DNA of 46,320 nucleotides from a virus (Duplodnaviria; Heunggongvirae; Uroviricota; Caudoviricetes): IMG/VR virus record IMGVR_UViG_2645727562_000022, positions 1 to 46,320 of that record; one strand, 5' to 3'. Shown piece by piece: positions 37,150 to 46,320 of this stretch (position 1 is its first letter; each line of letters starts with the position of its first letter). The notes under the pieces were generated by a model. It saw only the letters and a program-made list of their open reading frames with translations, ran no database searches and was not told where the DNA came from. The position numbers and the translations under genes were made by a program.

Positions 37150-38000
37150 CCTATAAAAAGAGAACGCTGAAATTTCAGTTCACGCTGAAAGACGGTGCTT
37201 TCGATGAGTCAGGAAACAACATTCTGACCATAGACAACATCAAAGCGGAAATTGAGATAGGGGCTTATGGCGGGATATCAGGAACTACCCTTGAGGCCAG
37301 AGTGTTTGGCCTGAGCATCGAAAACATGGCTCTGCTGAGCTATAAGGGCATTCAGTTAAACGGCGCTAAGCAGAACATGATGAAGGTGTGGGCGGATGAA
37401 AGACCGGTATTCTTCGGCTCTATAACTAACTGCTTTGCCGACCTCAACCAGATGCCTGATGCACCGCTGATAATCAGCGCCTTTTCTACCGGTTTCGACC
37501 AGTCAATCACCGCGCCTCCTTTCTCAAAGGAAGGTATAGCCAGCGTTGCAGAAATCATTACGACGATAGCGGCAAGCATTGGTTACACCGTAGTTAATAA
37601 CGGCGTTCTGGCGAAGATTGAAAACCCTTACTTCGAAGGGAACCCGATAGCACAGATTCAGCAATGCGCTCACGCTGCTGGCATAGAGATAGACTTCAGA
37701 TTGGGGGCTATATACATCTGGCCGCAGGGTGGAAGCATTGATGACACCATCCCACTCATATCAGCAGAGCATGGGTTGATTGGATACCCGGTATTCAGTA
37801 ATTACGGGATAAACTTCCAGTGCCAGTACAGCGATTTGATTTTGCGTGGCCGCAAGGTTCAGCTAGAAACACCACTACCTAACGGCAGCGGGGTTTATAC
37901 TGTCCAGTCGGCAATTCACCATCTTTCGACATGGACCGAAGGCGCTCCGTGGTCAACCATCGTCTGGGCATCAATCGGACAGCTAACAGTGAGGCAGTAA
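37146..38000 (+). CDS. Baseplate hub-like protein
   Basis: 284 aa immediately upstream of the spike gene. Confidence 0.45.
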   Translation: MTYKKRTLKFQFTLKDGAFDESGNNILTIDNIKAEIEIGAYGGISGTTLEARVFGLSIENMALLSYKGIQLNGAKQNMMKVWADERPVFFGSITNCFADLNQMPDAPLIISAFSTGFDQSITAPPFSKEGIASVAEIITTIAASIGYTVVNNGVLAKIENPYFEGNPIAQIQQCAHAAGIEIDFRLGAIYIWPQGGSIDDTIPLISAEHGLIGYPVFSNYGINFQCQYSDLILRGRKVQLETPLPNGSGVYTVQSAIHHLSTWTEGAPWSTIVWASIGQLTVRQ

Positions 38001-38698
38001 TGAACCTATTTACTACGCGGCCTCAGGACACAGCAACCGATGCTAACTCTCAGCAATTCCTGATGCATCAGTTTCTGATGGGGAAATCATTCATCACGCT
38101 GGCGATCGTAACTTCGGTTAATGAATCCGGAGAAGTCGTGTCAGTAAAGCCAATGGTGGAGGGGTTCACTGGAGGAGGAGACCTAATTCCGAACTCGGTG
38201 ATTCACGGCGTTCCGGTCTGGAGACTTCAGCGAGGTGCTAGTGCGGTGATTATGCCTCCAGTAGAGGGTGATATTGGTCTGATAGCCATTTGCGATCGTG
38301 ATATCACAGCAGTGAAGAAGACAAAGCAATCTGCATTGCCCGGGTCGAATCGCACGCACAGCTATTCAGATGCTATCTATCTCGGTGGGGTACTGAACGC
38401 CGAACCAAGCCAGTATGTGAAGTTCGCTAATGATGGAATCGACATCGTGTCGCCACTGGTTGTGCAGGTGAACGGAAATACCGTAGTAGTCAATGCTGAA
38501 GACAAAATATCGCTCAATGCTCCCATCATTGAGATAAACGGGCAGCTTACTCAGGGCTCTGGTAGCTTCGGCGGTAACGCGACATTTGGCGGCACGATAA
38601 CCGTGACAGGAGAAGTCACAGGAAACGGAATCCATCTCAGTACGCATAAACATGGTGGTGTAGAATCAGGAGGTTCAACCACTGATGGGCCGCAATGA
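38000..38698 (+). CDS. Baseplate central spike (gpV-like)
   Basis: ATG overlaps the upstream TAA (TAATG); C-terminal Gly-rich tip with HLSTHKHGG (HxH) typical of spike apex proteins. Confidence 0.6.
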   Translation: MNLFTTRPQDTATDANSQQFLMHQFLMGKSFITLAIVTSVNESGEVVSVKPMVEGFTGGGDLIPNSVIHGVPVWRLQRGASAVIMPPVEGDIGLIAICDRDITAVKKTKQSALPGSNRTHSYSDAIYLGGVLNAEPSQYVKFANDGIDIVSPLVVQVNGNTVVVNAEDKISLNAPIIEINGQLTQGSGSFGGNATFGGTITVTGEVTGNGIHLSTHKHGGVESGGSTTDGPQ

Positions 38699-39063
38699 TG
38701 ATTGGTAAAGTTAAATTATTAATGGCATGCCTTGCATTGACATCGGTTTGCGCGTCAGCAAACGGAGATTCATTGAAAGAGACTTGCTACCAGAGCATGC
38801 GCTACAACGTTTATGTGCAACTCGCAGGCAATGCGTATTCCAGGAGCGACGCATCGGTATTTGAGAGAGAAGCAATGGATTCAGGGAATTGGCAGGGAAT
38901 AGATGCCTCAGAAACAAAACGGATGATCGCAATGTCTTCTAATAATCCATCTTCTGCTCAGTTTTCTATGCAGTACCAAAATGATGAGTCATTTGCTAAA
39001 GCCTATTCCAGTGGATACATAAATGACTGCTTGGCGCATCCGGATAAATACATATCCAGGTAG
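38695..39063 (+). CDS. Secreted moron protein with signal peptide (122 aa)
   Basis: N-terminal signal peptide (MMIGKVKLLMACLALTSVCASA|NG); three Cys in the mature part; followed by its own terminator; inserted between spike and baseplate genes. Confidence 0.55.
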   Translation: MMIGKVKLLMACLALTSVCASANGDSLKETCYQSMRYNVYVQLAGNAYSRSDASVFEREAMDSGNWQGIDASETKRMIAMSSNNPSSAQFSMQYQNDESFAKAYSSGYINDCLAHPDKYISR

Positions 39064-39074
39064 CAAAAACGTTA

Positions 39075-39096
39075 ACCCGCTTCGGCGGGTTTTTTA
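39075..39096 (+). terminator. Rho-independent terminator after the moron
   Basis: ACCCGC-TTCG-GCGGGT followed by TTTTTTATT. Confidence 0.7.
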
Positions 39097-39111
39097 TTGC
39101 CCGGAGTTTAC

Positions 39112-39468
39112 ATGCTCACCAAATCACTGCTTTTGACAGACCATTGGGATATCACGCTAGACGACACCGGAAGTATGGCTATTACTGCCAATCCATATGC
39201 AGTAGCACAGGACGTAGCATGCGCATGCTCAACTTTCCTCGGTGAAGCCTGGTATGACACTACGCTCGGCATTCCGTATTACGAGCGCATTCTCGGTCAC
39301 TGGCCAGGAACTCAGCTCATTAATACCAAGATGACTACCGAGGCCAAAAAACTCCCATATGTCCAGGCGGCATTCTGCACCACAACCGTTGGCAAAGCAG
39401 ATCGCCTTGCATCCGGTGTCATGACCATAACAGACACGAACAACGTTCAGACCACAATCCAATTCTGA
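39112..39468 (+). CDS. Baseplate wedge protein (gp25/W-like, inferred)
   Basis: ATG 39112 with GGAG RBS (ORF-track TTG start lies in the terminator T-run); immediately upstream of baseplate J. Confidence 0.4.
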   Translation: MLTKSLLLTDHWDITLDDTGSMAITANPYAVAQDVACACSTFLGEAWYDTTLGIPYYERILGHWPGTQLINTKMTTEAKKLPYVQAAFCTTTVGKADRLASGVMTITDTNNVQTTIQF

Positions 39469-39476
39469 GGTAACAA

Positions 39477-40709
39477 ATGGCTGAAGTAACAGTTAGCACA
39501 GCCGTCCCCTCTGTCACGTTTTCCGATACCGGCATTGCCGTTCCTGATGAGATAGACATTCTCAACGGGCGATTAACTGACCTTGATACCGCCATGGGCG
39601 GAGGGATGAGTAAGAGTCTGACGACTCCGCAGGGACAAATTGCCATGAGCGACACGGCAATCATTGGCGACAAGAATGACAATCTGGCATGGCTGGTAAA
39701 CCAGATTAACCCTGATTTCGCTGAAGGACGTATGCAGGATGCGATCGGGCAGATTTACTTCATTGACCGTATCGCGGCGATTGGAACCACTGTAACTGCA
39801 ACCTGTACTGGTCTGGTTGGCACCGTTATCCCGGCAAACAGCATTGCCCAGGATGCAAGCGGCTATCTTTATTACTCCCTTGCCGATGCTGTTATCCCTT
39901 CCTCAGGTTCAGTAAACGTTGTATTCCAGAATCAGGCAACTGGCCCCATTGCATGTCCAATTGGTGCATTAAACACAATTTACCGTGCCATTCAGGGTTG
40001 GTCTGGAATAACCAATGCAACTGCAGGCGTTCTTGGTAATGAAGTGGAAAGCCGGGCAAACTTCGAATATCGCCGTAAGCAGTCAGTTGCCGGAAATTCA
40101 AATAATCAGTTGGGTGCAGTTTATGCAAACGTGCTGGCCGTCAGTGGTGTTACTGACGCATACGTGACTCAGAATAACACCAGCCTGACTGTTGCGAAGG
40201 GTTATACCAACGTCTCTCTTGAGCCGCACTCTCTTTATGTGTGCGTGTACGGTGGCGCGTCTGCAGATATTGCAAACGCTATATGGCAAAAGCTTCCCCC
40301 AGGACCTTCAATGGTCGGTAACACGGCCTATACCGTCGTCGATAATGTCAATTACGTCCAGCCATACCCTGAGTATGAAATTAAGTGGCAGACACCTTCT
40401 GCCGTAAGCGTGCATTTCAACGTTCAGATTGCAAATAATAATGCGCTACCCGGCAATATCGTTACCCTGGTGCAGAATGCCATTATCAGCGCATTTAATG
40501 GTGAAGATGGTGGAACAAGAGCCCGCATCGGTTCAACTATCTATGCAGGACGCTATTATGCTGGCGTGCAGGCTATTGACTCAGAAAATGTCGATATCTT
40601 CAGCATCACAATCAGTCGTGACGGTACTACATATCAAACATCTGCGTCCTTTGGCATTGATGAAGTACCAACTCTGGACGCATCAAACATCTCGGTGACA
40701 CTGGCATGA
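39477..40709 (+). CDS. Baseplate J-like protein
   Basis: 410 aa; size, position and sequence consistent with the Baseplate_J family. Confidence 0.7.
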   Translation: MAEVTVSTAVPSVTFSDTGIAVPDEIDILNGRLTDLDTAMGGGMSKSLTTPQGQIAMSDTAIIGDKNDNLAWLVNQINPDFAEGRMQDAIGQIYFIDRIAAIGTTVTATCTGLVGTVIPANSIAQDASGYLYYSLADAVIPSSGSVNVVFQNQATGPIACPIGALNTIYRAIQGWSGITNATAGVLGNEVESRANFEYRRKQSVAGNSNNQLGAVYANVLAVSGVTDAYVTQNNTSLTVAKGYTNVSLEPHSLYVCVYGGASADIANAIWQKLPPGPSMVGNTAYTVVDNVNYVQPYPEYEIKWQTPSAVSVHFNVQIANNNALPGNIVTLVQNAIISAFNGEDGGTRARIGSTIYAGRYYAGVQAIDSENVDIFSITISRDGTTYQTSASFGIDEVPTLDASNISVTLA

Positions 40710-41293
40710 TAAACGTCGCGGATACAATCCTGACGCAATATGCCGACAGCCCGAAACTCAAATCCCTGATTTACTCATTCAATGAAGCCGTAGGTATCGA
40801 AGGTTTTCTCGATGATTTCTATGACGTGATCTGGAATATCGAGACAGCCGATACATACGGACTGGATGTATGGGGAAAGATCGTGGTTGTCAGCAGGCAG
40901 CTGACGGTGACAGAGAACAAGATTTATTTTGGCTTCAATGAAGCATCTTCCGACCCGGTTTTAGTCGACGACCCACAGCCATTTAATCAGGCGCCGTTTT
41001 ACTCTGGCGAGCTTCTTACATCGACCGTGACGCTCACAAATGATGTTTACCGAAAGCTGATCATGATGAAAGCGGCTGCAAACATCTCCGACTGCACAAT
41101 CCCGAATCTGAACAAGCTACTGAACTTCATGTTCGGAGATAAAGGGCGCTGCTACGTCAGAAACGATGGCGAGATGGTGATGAGCTACGTATTCGAGTTT
41201 GCTCTGTCGACTTCAGACCTTGCCATCGTACAGAGCTCAGGCGCACTCCCTTCCCCGATAGGGGTTACAGTTAATATCGTTCAGCAGGTATGA
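40706..41293 (+). CDS. Tail protein (gpI-like, inferred)
   Basis: 195 aa coupled between baseplate J and the tail fiber, the position of P2 gpI-type proteins. Confidence 0.45.
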   Translation: MINVADTILTQYADSPKLKSLIYSFNEAVGIEGFLDDFYDVIWNIETADTYGLDVWGKIVVVSRQLTVTENKIYFGFNEASSDPVLVDDPQPFNQAPFYSGELLTSTVTLTNDVYRKLIMMKAAANISDCTIPNLNKLLNFMFGDKGRCYVRNDGEMVMSYVFEFALSTSDLAIVQSSGALPSPIGVTVNIVQQV

Positions 41294-41294
41294 C

Positions 41295-42467
41295 ATGAAC
41301 TCTTCTGATATCCCATCAAGAATTATTAAGCCCTTCGGACTAAACGGGCTGAAAAACACAATCCCTGTTGATTCAAGCACAACCACAGATAATAACGGCA
41401 TCGCCACTTTTGATAAAGGATTCCCGCCTGTAACCATGCAGCCACTAAGCGCTGGAGGGATTCCGCCAAGTGGTAAAGACATGAACGGAGTCATTTATTC
41501 AGTGACGCTGCAGCAGCAATGGCAGAACGCCGGTGCCGGGTATACTTTCAGCCAGGATTTTTCAGACGCAGTAGGCGGATATCCAAAGGGCTCAGTTGTT
41601 GCTAATTCAACACTGAACGGGCAGTGGATTAGCCTTAATGAGGCGAACACTACGCCTCCAGAGTCCGCAACAGGAGCAACGACTGGATGGGTGCCAATTA
41701 ACAACTACGGCATTACGTCAATCACTCTCGCCGGAACAAGCGTGGTGATGTCTTCAATCCAGGCCGCAAAAGATCGCATCATCCTGACAGGCACACTTAC
41801 TGCCAACTTAAACCTTATATTCCCTGCGTGGATAAAGTCATGGGTAGTCCAGAATAACTGCACCGGTAATTTCTCGGTAACCTGCAAAACAGCAACCGGC
41901 TCTGGCGTCATTGTTATCCCTGGACTGGTATCTCGCTTGTTCTGTGATGGCACGAATATCACCGATGAAACAGCGAGCACATCAACCGATCTGGTCGGCA
42001 TGACAGCATCATTCGCGATGAACACACCGCCTGCAGGATGGCTTGCGGCTGATGGTTCTGCAGTAAGTAGAAATATCTATGCACGTCTATTCTCCCGCAT
42101 AGGTACGACCTGGGGCGCGGGGGATGGAAGCACAACATTCAACCTGCCTGACTTGCGAGGTGAGTTTGTTCGCGGCATTGATAACGGAAGGAATGCTGAC
42201 CCATCTCGTGTATTTGGAACCTCTCAGTTAGGGACCATAGTTGGCGGTTATGATGATGACTTGACCGGGGCCAATATTGGCCTTCTCATCAACCACGGGA
42301 CCATAAATTATGGTAGCGATCCAGTTTCAATAGCCAACTATGGTGTCAGTGCGGTTTATTTCACGGCTGGAACAAGTCTTGCAACCAGTCCTGTAGAAAA
42401 TGCTCCCTTCTTCTATTCCGTAACTCGCCCAAGAAACGTAGCGCAGCTCTACTGCATCAAATATTAA
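41295..42467 (+). CDS. Tail fiber protein with phage tail-collar domain
   Basis: TTFNLPDLRGEFVRGIDNGRNADPSRVFG is the tail-collar signature. Confidence 0.8.
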   Translation: MNSSDIPSRIIKPFGLNGLKNTIPVDSSTTTDNNGIATFDKGFPPVTMQPLSAGGIPPSGKDMNGVIYSVTLQQQWQNAGAGYTFSQDFSDAVGGYPKGSVVANSTLNGQWISLNEANTTPPESATGATTGWVPINNYGITSITLAGTSVVMSSIQAAKDRIILTGTLTANLNLIFPAWIKSWVVQNNCTGNFSVTCKTATGSGVIVIPGLVSRLFCDGTNITDETASTSTDLVGMTASFAMNTPPAGWLAADGSAVSRNIYARLFSRIGTTWGAGDGSTTFNLPDLRGEFVRGIDNGRNADPSRVFGTSQLGTIVGGYDDDLTGANIGLLINHGTINYGSDPVSIANYGVSAVYFTAGTSLATSPVENAPFFYSVTRPRNVAQLYCIKY

Positions 42468-42475
42468 GGTGCCAT

Positions 42476-44731
42476 ATGTCTTATTCTGATACTAAAAAAG
42501 CTCAGCTTTACGCTGCCGTGGCTGAAGTTGCTGCTGCTGAATGTAAGCTCTATACCGAAGAGGCACGAAAGGCTCCTGATTATGCAGCTGAAGCGCGACA
42601 GGCCGCTGATGACGCTGCCGCTTCTTCTGCACAGGCTACGGTTGCAGCATCACAGGCAAATATATCGGCTAACTCTGCAAGTGAAAGCGCTAGTCAGGCC
42701 TTGGTTTCGGCATCAGAGGCGGCTAGCGCAGGCCAGACTGCAGCAGAAGCAGTGTTTAGCAGAACGCTTAGAGTTCCCGACGGGGAGACAGTAACTGAAT
42801 TACAAGCTGCATCAGTTAGAAAAAACTCCGTTGCATCATTCGATGACAGCGGGAATCCTAGCTCAATACCTGTTAACACTTTAGCAATTCTGGACAGCGG
42901 CGGTAAAATTCCAGTGTCCATGCTGCCTGCAGTAGCTCTTACGGGGCCATTTGTTGTTAGCAGCCAGGCCGCAATGTTGGCTTTGAACGCTCAGGTTGGT
43001 GATATCGCGAAAAGAACGGATAAGGGATATTCGTTCATGCTGGCCGCGCTTCCTCCATCGACTTTAGCTAACTGGGTTCAGCTTAATGACGATATTCTGG
43101 CCCAACTCGCATTAACAACAGGAGCTGCACAAGTCGGTGCACTTGATGACAATAGCGGGTCTACCACAGTTCAGGGTGCTCTAAATTTAAAGGTCTCCAC
43201 AGCAAATCTGGCAAGTGTTGCAACGGGTAAGGGTGATGCCTTAATTGGGGTGAAATCACCACTCGCAAACTCGGTAGCAATGACTCAGCATGATAAAAAT
43301 GCTCTTGTGCTACATGTTGCCGACTTTGGAGCTAAAGGAGATGGAGTCACAGATGACTCAACAGCTATTAATAATGCGATCACATCCATAAAAAATGCTG
43401 GCGGAGGAAGGCTAAACTTTGGTTCTGGCACATACCTGTGCGGATCAGCAATTGACATTAGAGGGGCAAATATAAGCCTCGTAGGCACAGGTATTGGCAC
43501 CACAATAATCAAGGCTAACTTTTCCGGGCAGGCACTTCTTAACGCAAACGAAACAACCGATACCAGGATTTCCCCATTTTATATCTCAGGATTTACTTTT
43601 GACGGGAACAACACTGTGCAGAGGGTATTCGACGTCAGGTACCGTCACTATACCTCTGTAGATAACTGCATATTTACAGGCGGGACAGTGGCAGCCCTTT
43701 ATGAAATGGACACATGGCTGAATACCTTTACTAACTGCGGATTTGAGTCAAGCCTTACGGGCATCCAATTGCAAGGTTCAAACCACAGAAGTGCATTCCG
43801 TTCATGCAGCACTCAGGGATGTACTGGTTACCACATCTGGGTGCGATCTCTTGGGACAGTAGCGGATGGAAACCAAGCGTTAGTTTTCGATAATTGCGAC
43901 GTTGAGTTTGGTACGGGTTTCGGAGTCAGATTTGAAGGAACCAGCGCCGTGTTTAATGGCTGCTATATAGGAGAAAACCTTGGTGGTAGCTCATTTGACA
44001 TGCGCTCAGGGGTCGTATCGGTAAACTCAGGTGTATTTTACTGGGGGTATACGAATGGCGTGAATGGGATCGTGGCGGCTGGAGGAAGGATTACATTCAC
44101 CGATGTAGAGATGAACGCTCAATCCTTTGGTGTTTTATCTTCCCTTGCATCAGGCACTGGCGGGAAGGTAGCGTTTATTCGCTGCACTGGTAACTGCGCT
44201 GTGGGTGGAAGTAACATCATGTCAGGTGATGTTCTTGATTACGGACCAGGACCAAATACAAATTTTGCGGCAGAAAAGCTTGGCGCATTCATGAGCGTGG
44301 GAAGATTCAATACTACAACGACAAACAGTGTTAGCGGGTATGCGCAAACTGTGACGTGCGCAACAACCACAGGAACCCCGGCACTAATGTCACTTACCAC
44401 GACTTTATCAAGTAAGAGCTGGATGTATGGTAAAAACTTTTATTTTGTTATCGTGTACTCATCAAATGTTGCTGTTAAATGTGCATTAAGTGCCACAGCG
44501 TTTGGTGGGACTCCCAGTAAAACCCTAATCGACCTGCCAAGTTCCGGCGGGGCAATTAAGACTGCGGTCGTGTTAAACGTTCTGACTGATGCATCAGCAT
44601 ATACCCTGCTCGAAGTAGTTGGACAATCAGTGGTGGTTGGAAGCACGTTCACAGTGTACGAATGTCTTCTTTCTGATTATCGAATGCTTGATACAACGCT
44701 TGGCAATTTTAGTAATATCTATAAATTTTAG
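42476..44731 (+). CDS. Tailspike / polysaccharide depolymerase (pectate-lyase-like beta-helix)
   Basis: HVADFGAKGDGVTDDSTAINNAI...GGGRL...GTY is the pectate-lyase-3-type beta-helix start; Ala-rich N-terminal anchor region; 751 aa. Confidence 0.75.
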   Translation: MSYSDTKKAQLYAAVAEVAAAECKLYTEEARKAPDYAAEARQAADDAAASSAQATVAASQANISANSASESASQALVSASEAASAGQTAAEAVFSRTLRVPDGETVTELQAASVRKNSVASFDDSGNPSSIPVNTLAILDSGGKIPVSMLPAVALTGPFVVSSQAAMLALNAQVGDIAKRTDKGYSFMLAALPPSTLANWVQLNDDILAQLALTTGAAQVGALDDNSGSTTVQGALNLKVSTANLASVATGKGDALIGVKSPLANSVAMTQHDKNALVLHVADFGAKGDGVTDDSTAINNAITSIKNAGGGRLNFGSGTYLCGSAIDIRGANISLVGTGIGTTIIKANFSGQALLNANETTDTRISPFYISGFTFDGNNTVQRVFDVRYRHYTSVDNCIFTGGTVAALYEMDTWLNTFTNCGFESSLTGIQLQGSNHRSAFRSCSTQGCTGYHIWVRSLGTVADGNQALVFDNCDVEFGTGFGVRFEGTSAVFNGCYIGENLGGSSFDMRSGVVSVNSGVFYWGYTNGVNGIVAAGGRITFTDVEMNAQSFGVLSSLASGTGGKVAFIRCTGNCAVGGSNIMSGDVLDYGPGPNTNFAAEKLGAFMSVGRFNTTTTNSVSGYAQTVTCATTTGTPALMSLTTTLSSKSWMYGKNFYFVIVYSSNVAVKCALSATAFGGTPSKTLIDLPSSGGAIKTAVVLNVLTDASAYTLLEVVGQSVVVGSTFTVYECLLSDYRMLDTTLGNFSNIYKF

Positions 44732-44736
44732 CAGCA

Positions 44737-44766
44737 AGGCCACTAAATGTGGCCTGTTGTTATTTT
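44737..44766 (+). terminator. Rho-independent terminator after the tailspike
   Basis: AGGCCAC-TAAAT-GTGGCCT followed by GTTGTTATTTT; sits between the convergent tailspike and oac genes. Confidence 0.65.
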
Positions 44767-45800
44767 ACCAATCGCAATAAAGGATTGATCGCAAGTCGAT
44801 TTATAGCTAACGAAAATGTGAAGGAAACAATGAAAACAGTGGTGGTGAGAAGTAACGTATACGAAAATGAGCTGCCAACATACCACGTAAGGTTGAAATA
44901 TTTTGCTATAAGCATTGCAATGATTAGGTGTATTAAATAAATCCCATAGCTAGCTTCAGCAGCAACGCTTATAAATTTCGATGCGATTTCTCCAGGCTTT
45001 ATTTCTAAGCAATAAAATAAATATGTTAATGATGTGGCAAAAACGTACATATTTAATCCTGCATCAAAAGGCGCATAGAAGAAGGTCCCCCCACCATTGA
45101 ATTGCTGATAAGTAGCTGTAACCGTCATCAAATATCCCGCCAATACAATCATCGCAGCACATTTTACTCTTATCTTCTGAAGCTTTGGGATCAACCCTCC
45201 GATCATGAAGTAAGCAAGCCATGTGCTAAGGTCTGGGATTTCCAATCCTTGAACATACCCTTTCAGATAGACATTGTACCCCTTAATTAAAAGTATAAAG
45301 CACAAGGCCGTAAGCGCATGCCTGGATGATAATCCACTAAAAAGATAGCTAAGCAGTGGGGTGATGATATAAATACCAGTCATCGCATAAACAAACCAAA
45401 AATGAACTGAAATCCCAGTAGATATCATCAGTCCATCAAAATACGACTTAAAAGATAGAGGTAAATCAGAACCAGATATGAACTTGCTTGCTATAAAGAA
45501 ATGAATAAATGAGAATACAAAAAAAGGAAGAAGAAGGGATACCAATCTTTTCCTGTAGAAAGTCTTTATATTATCTATGTCTCGGTTGAGCAAAAACATT
45601 CCGCTGATTATAAAAAACACAGGAAGCCCAACCCGAACAAGGCTTTGCACCAATAGCGCTGACATCATCTCATTATTTGAGATGCCCATCTTTATGTACA
45701 AATCATACATAGGCGCTATGTGAATACCGACTACAAGAAAACAGCAAATAATTCTCAAAGACTCAATTGAAGCGTTCCTTTCTCTCATTACAGGCACCAT
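44760..45800 (-). CDS. oac: O-antigen acetyltransferase (acyltransferase-3 family), lysogenic conversion gene
   Basis: 346-aa polytopic membrane protein with acyltransferase-3 features; AT-rich relative to flanks by eye; adjacent and convergent to the tailspike as in Sf6-type conversion loci. Confidence 0.8.
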   Translation of the reverse strand: MVPVMRERNASIESLRIICCFLVVGIHIAPMYDLYIKMGISNNEMMSALLVQSLVRVGLPVFFIISGMFLLNRDIDNIKTFYRKRLVSLLLPFFVFSFIHFFIASKFISGSDLPLSFKSYFDGLMISTGISVHFWFVYAMTGIYIITPLLSYLFSGLSSRHALTALCFILLIKGYNVYLKGYVQGLEIPDLSTWLAYFMIGGLIPKLQKIRVKCAAMIVLAGYLMTVTATYQQFNGGGTFFYAPFDAGLNMYVFATSLTYLFYCLEIKPGEIASKFISVAAEASYGIYLIHLIIAMLIAKYFNLTWYVGSSFSYTLLLTTTVFIVSFTFSLAINRLAINPLLRLVK

Positions 45801-45893
45801 TTAAGAAAAATATTTCGAATCATAACAGCATGATGCTGTTGATCAATGAAGAAGCCGCATGTTTTGACTTTGATCTACCTTTTGCGATATCTA

Positions 45894-45913
45894 TACTGTA
45901 CATCCATACAGTA
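45894..45913 (+). promoter_or_regulatory. LexA binding site (SOS box)
   Basis: TACTGTACATCCATACAGTA (CTGT-N8-ACAG), 18 nt upstream of the UmuD'-like start and downstream of a TTGACT -35-like hexamer at 45864-45869. Confidence 0.7.
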
Positions 45914-45930
45914 ATCATCGGAGGCAGATC

Positions 45931-46320
45931 ATGGGATTCCCGAGTCCAGCACAAGACTATGTTGAGCAACGCATATCACTAGACCAGCGCATTATAACCA
46001 GGCCAGCTGCTACGTACTTCATGCGTGCCGGAGCGACACATTACCGCGAAGGAATCCTGAGTGGTGCACTACTGGTTGTTGATGCCTCACTAACTCCATG
46101 TGACGGATCGCTATTGGTTTGCACGGATGAAGGAGAATTCAGGATTAAGCGATACCGAACTCACCCGCAGCCGCATCTGGAGAATCTGGAGAATGGCCAG
46201 CGTGAGAGGTTGCCCGATAAGAACGAAGCATCTGACACATCGAGGCCAGTATTCGGGGTGATCACATACATCATCAACGATGCGCGCTCTGGTGAGTTTG
46301 ATGATTGTCCGGTGATGTGA
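45931..46320 (+). CDS. UmuD'-like protein lacking the N-terminal arm and the catalytic serine
   Basis: MGFPSPAQDYVEQRISLDQ...GEFRIKRYR aligns with E. coli UmuD from Gly25; GGAGG RBS; in-frame stop 60 nt upstream excludes a longer N-terminus; nucleophile position reads His (AGATHY versus ASGDSM); Lys97 equivalent retained. Confidence 0.7.
   Translation: MGFPSPAQDYVEQRISLDQRIITRPAATYFMRAGATHYREGILSGALLVVDASLTPCDGSLLVCTDEGEFRIKRYRTHPQPHLENLENGQRERLPDKNEASDTSRPVFGVITYIINDARSGEFDDCPVM

Noticed and set aside
42528-43512. Short ORFs inside the tailspike gene (42528-42794, 42694-42921, 43285-43512)
   Set aside because: Nested in alternative frames or antisense to a long beta-helix tailspike ORF.

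Overview
This window is almost entirely one integrated, mosaic lambdoid prophage of an enterobacterium, read left to right from int/xis to a tailspike and an O-antigen acetyltransferase. All calls are from reading the sequence and ORF track by eye; no database search or computation was run. Layout: int and xis; a leftward early operon of small accessory genes, Gp157 and RecT; an IS3-family insertion with a 3-bp target duplication; an N-like antiterminator with nutL; the cI-cro-cII immunity region with ATAC-N5-GTAT operators; an O-like replication initiator with internal iterons and a DnaB-type helicase; a nin region (NinB, NinF, RusA); Q; a lambda/P22-type lysis cassette (S, lysozyme, Rz/Rz1); then terminase, portal, head, a contractile-tail and baseplate module, tail fiber, tailspike and a minus-strand O-antigen acetyltransferase. 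The most striking observation is the 607-aa head-module protein at 26231-28054: its N-terminal third carries the motif set of an R-S-E type mono-ADP-ribosyltransferase, fused in frame to a scaffold-like protein with an acidic KDE-rich linker, suggesting a capsid-packaged effector. Other notable points are an SOS-box-regulated UmuD'-like gene that lacks both the cleavable N-terminal arm and the catalytic serine, an HNH endonuclease disabled by a single in-frame TAA while an intact paralog sits next to N, terminator-bounded moron cassettes, and a structured Q-S leader.
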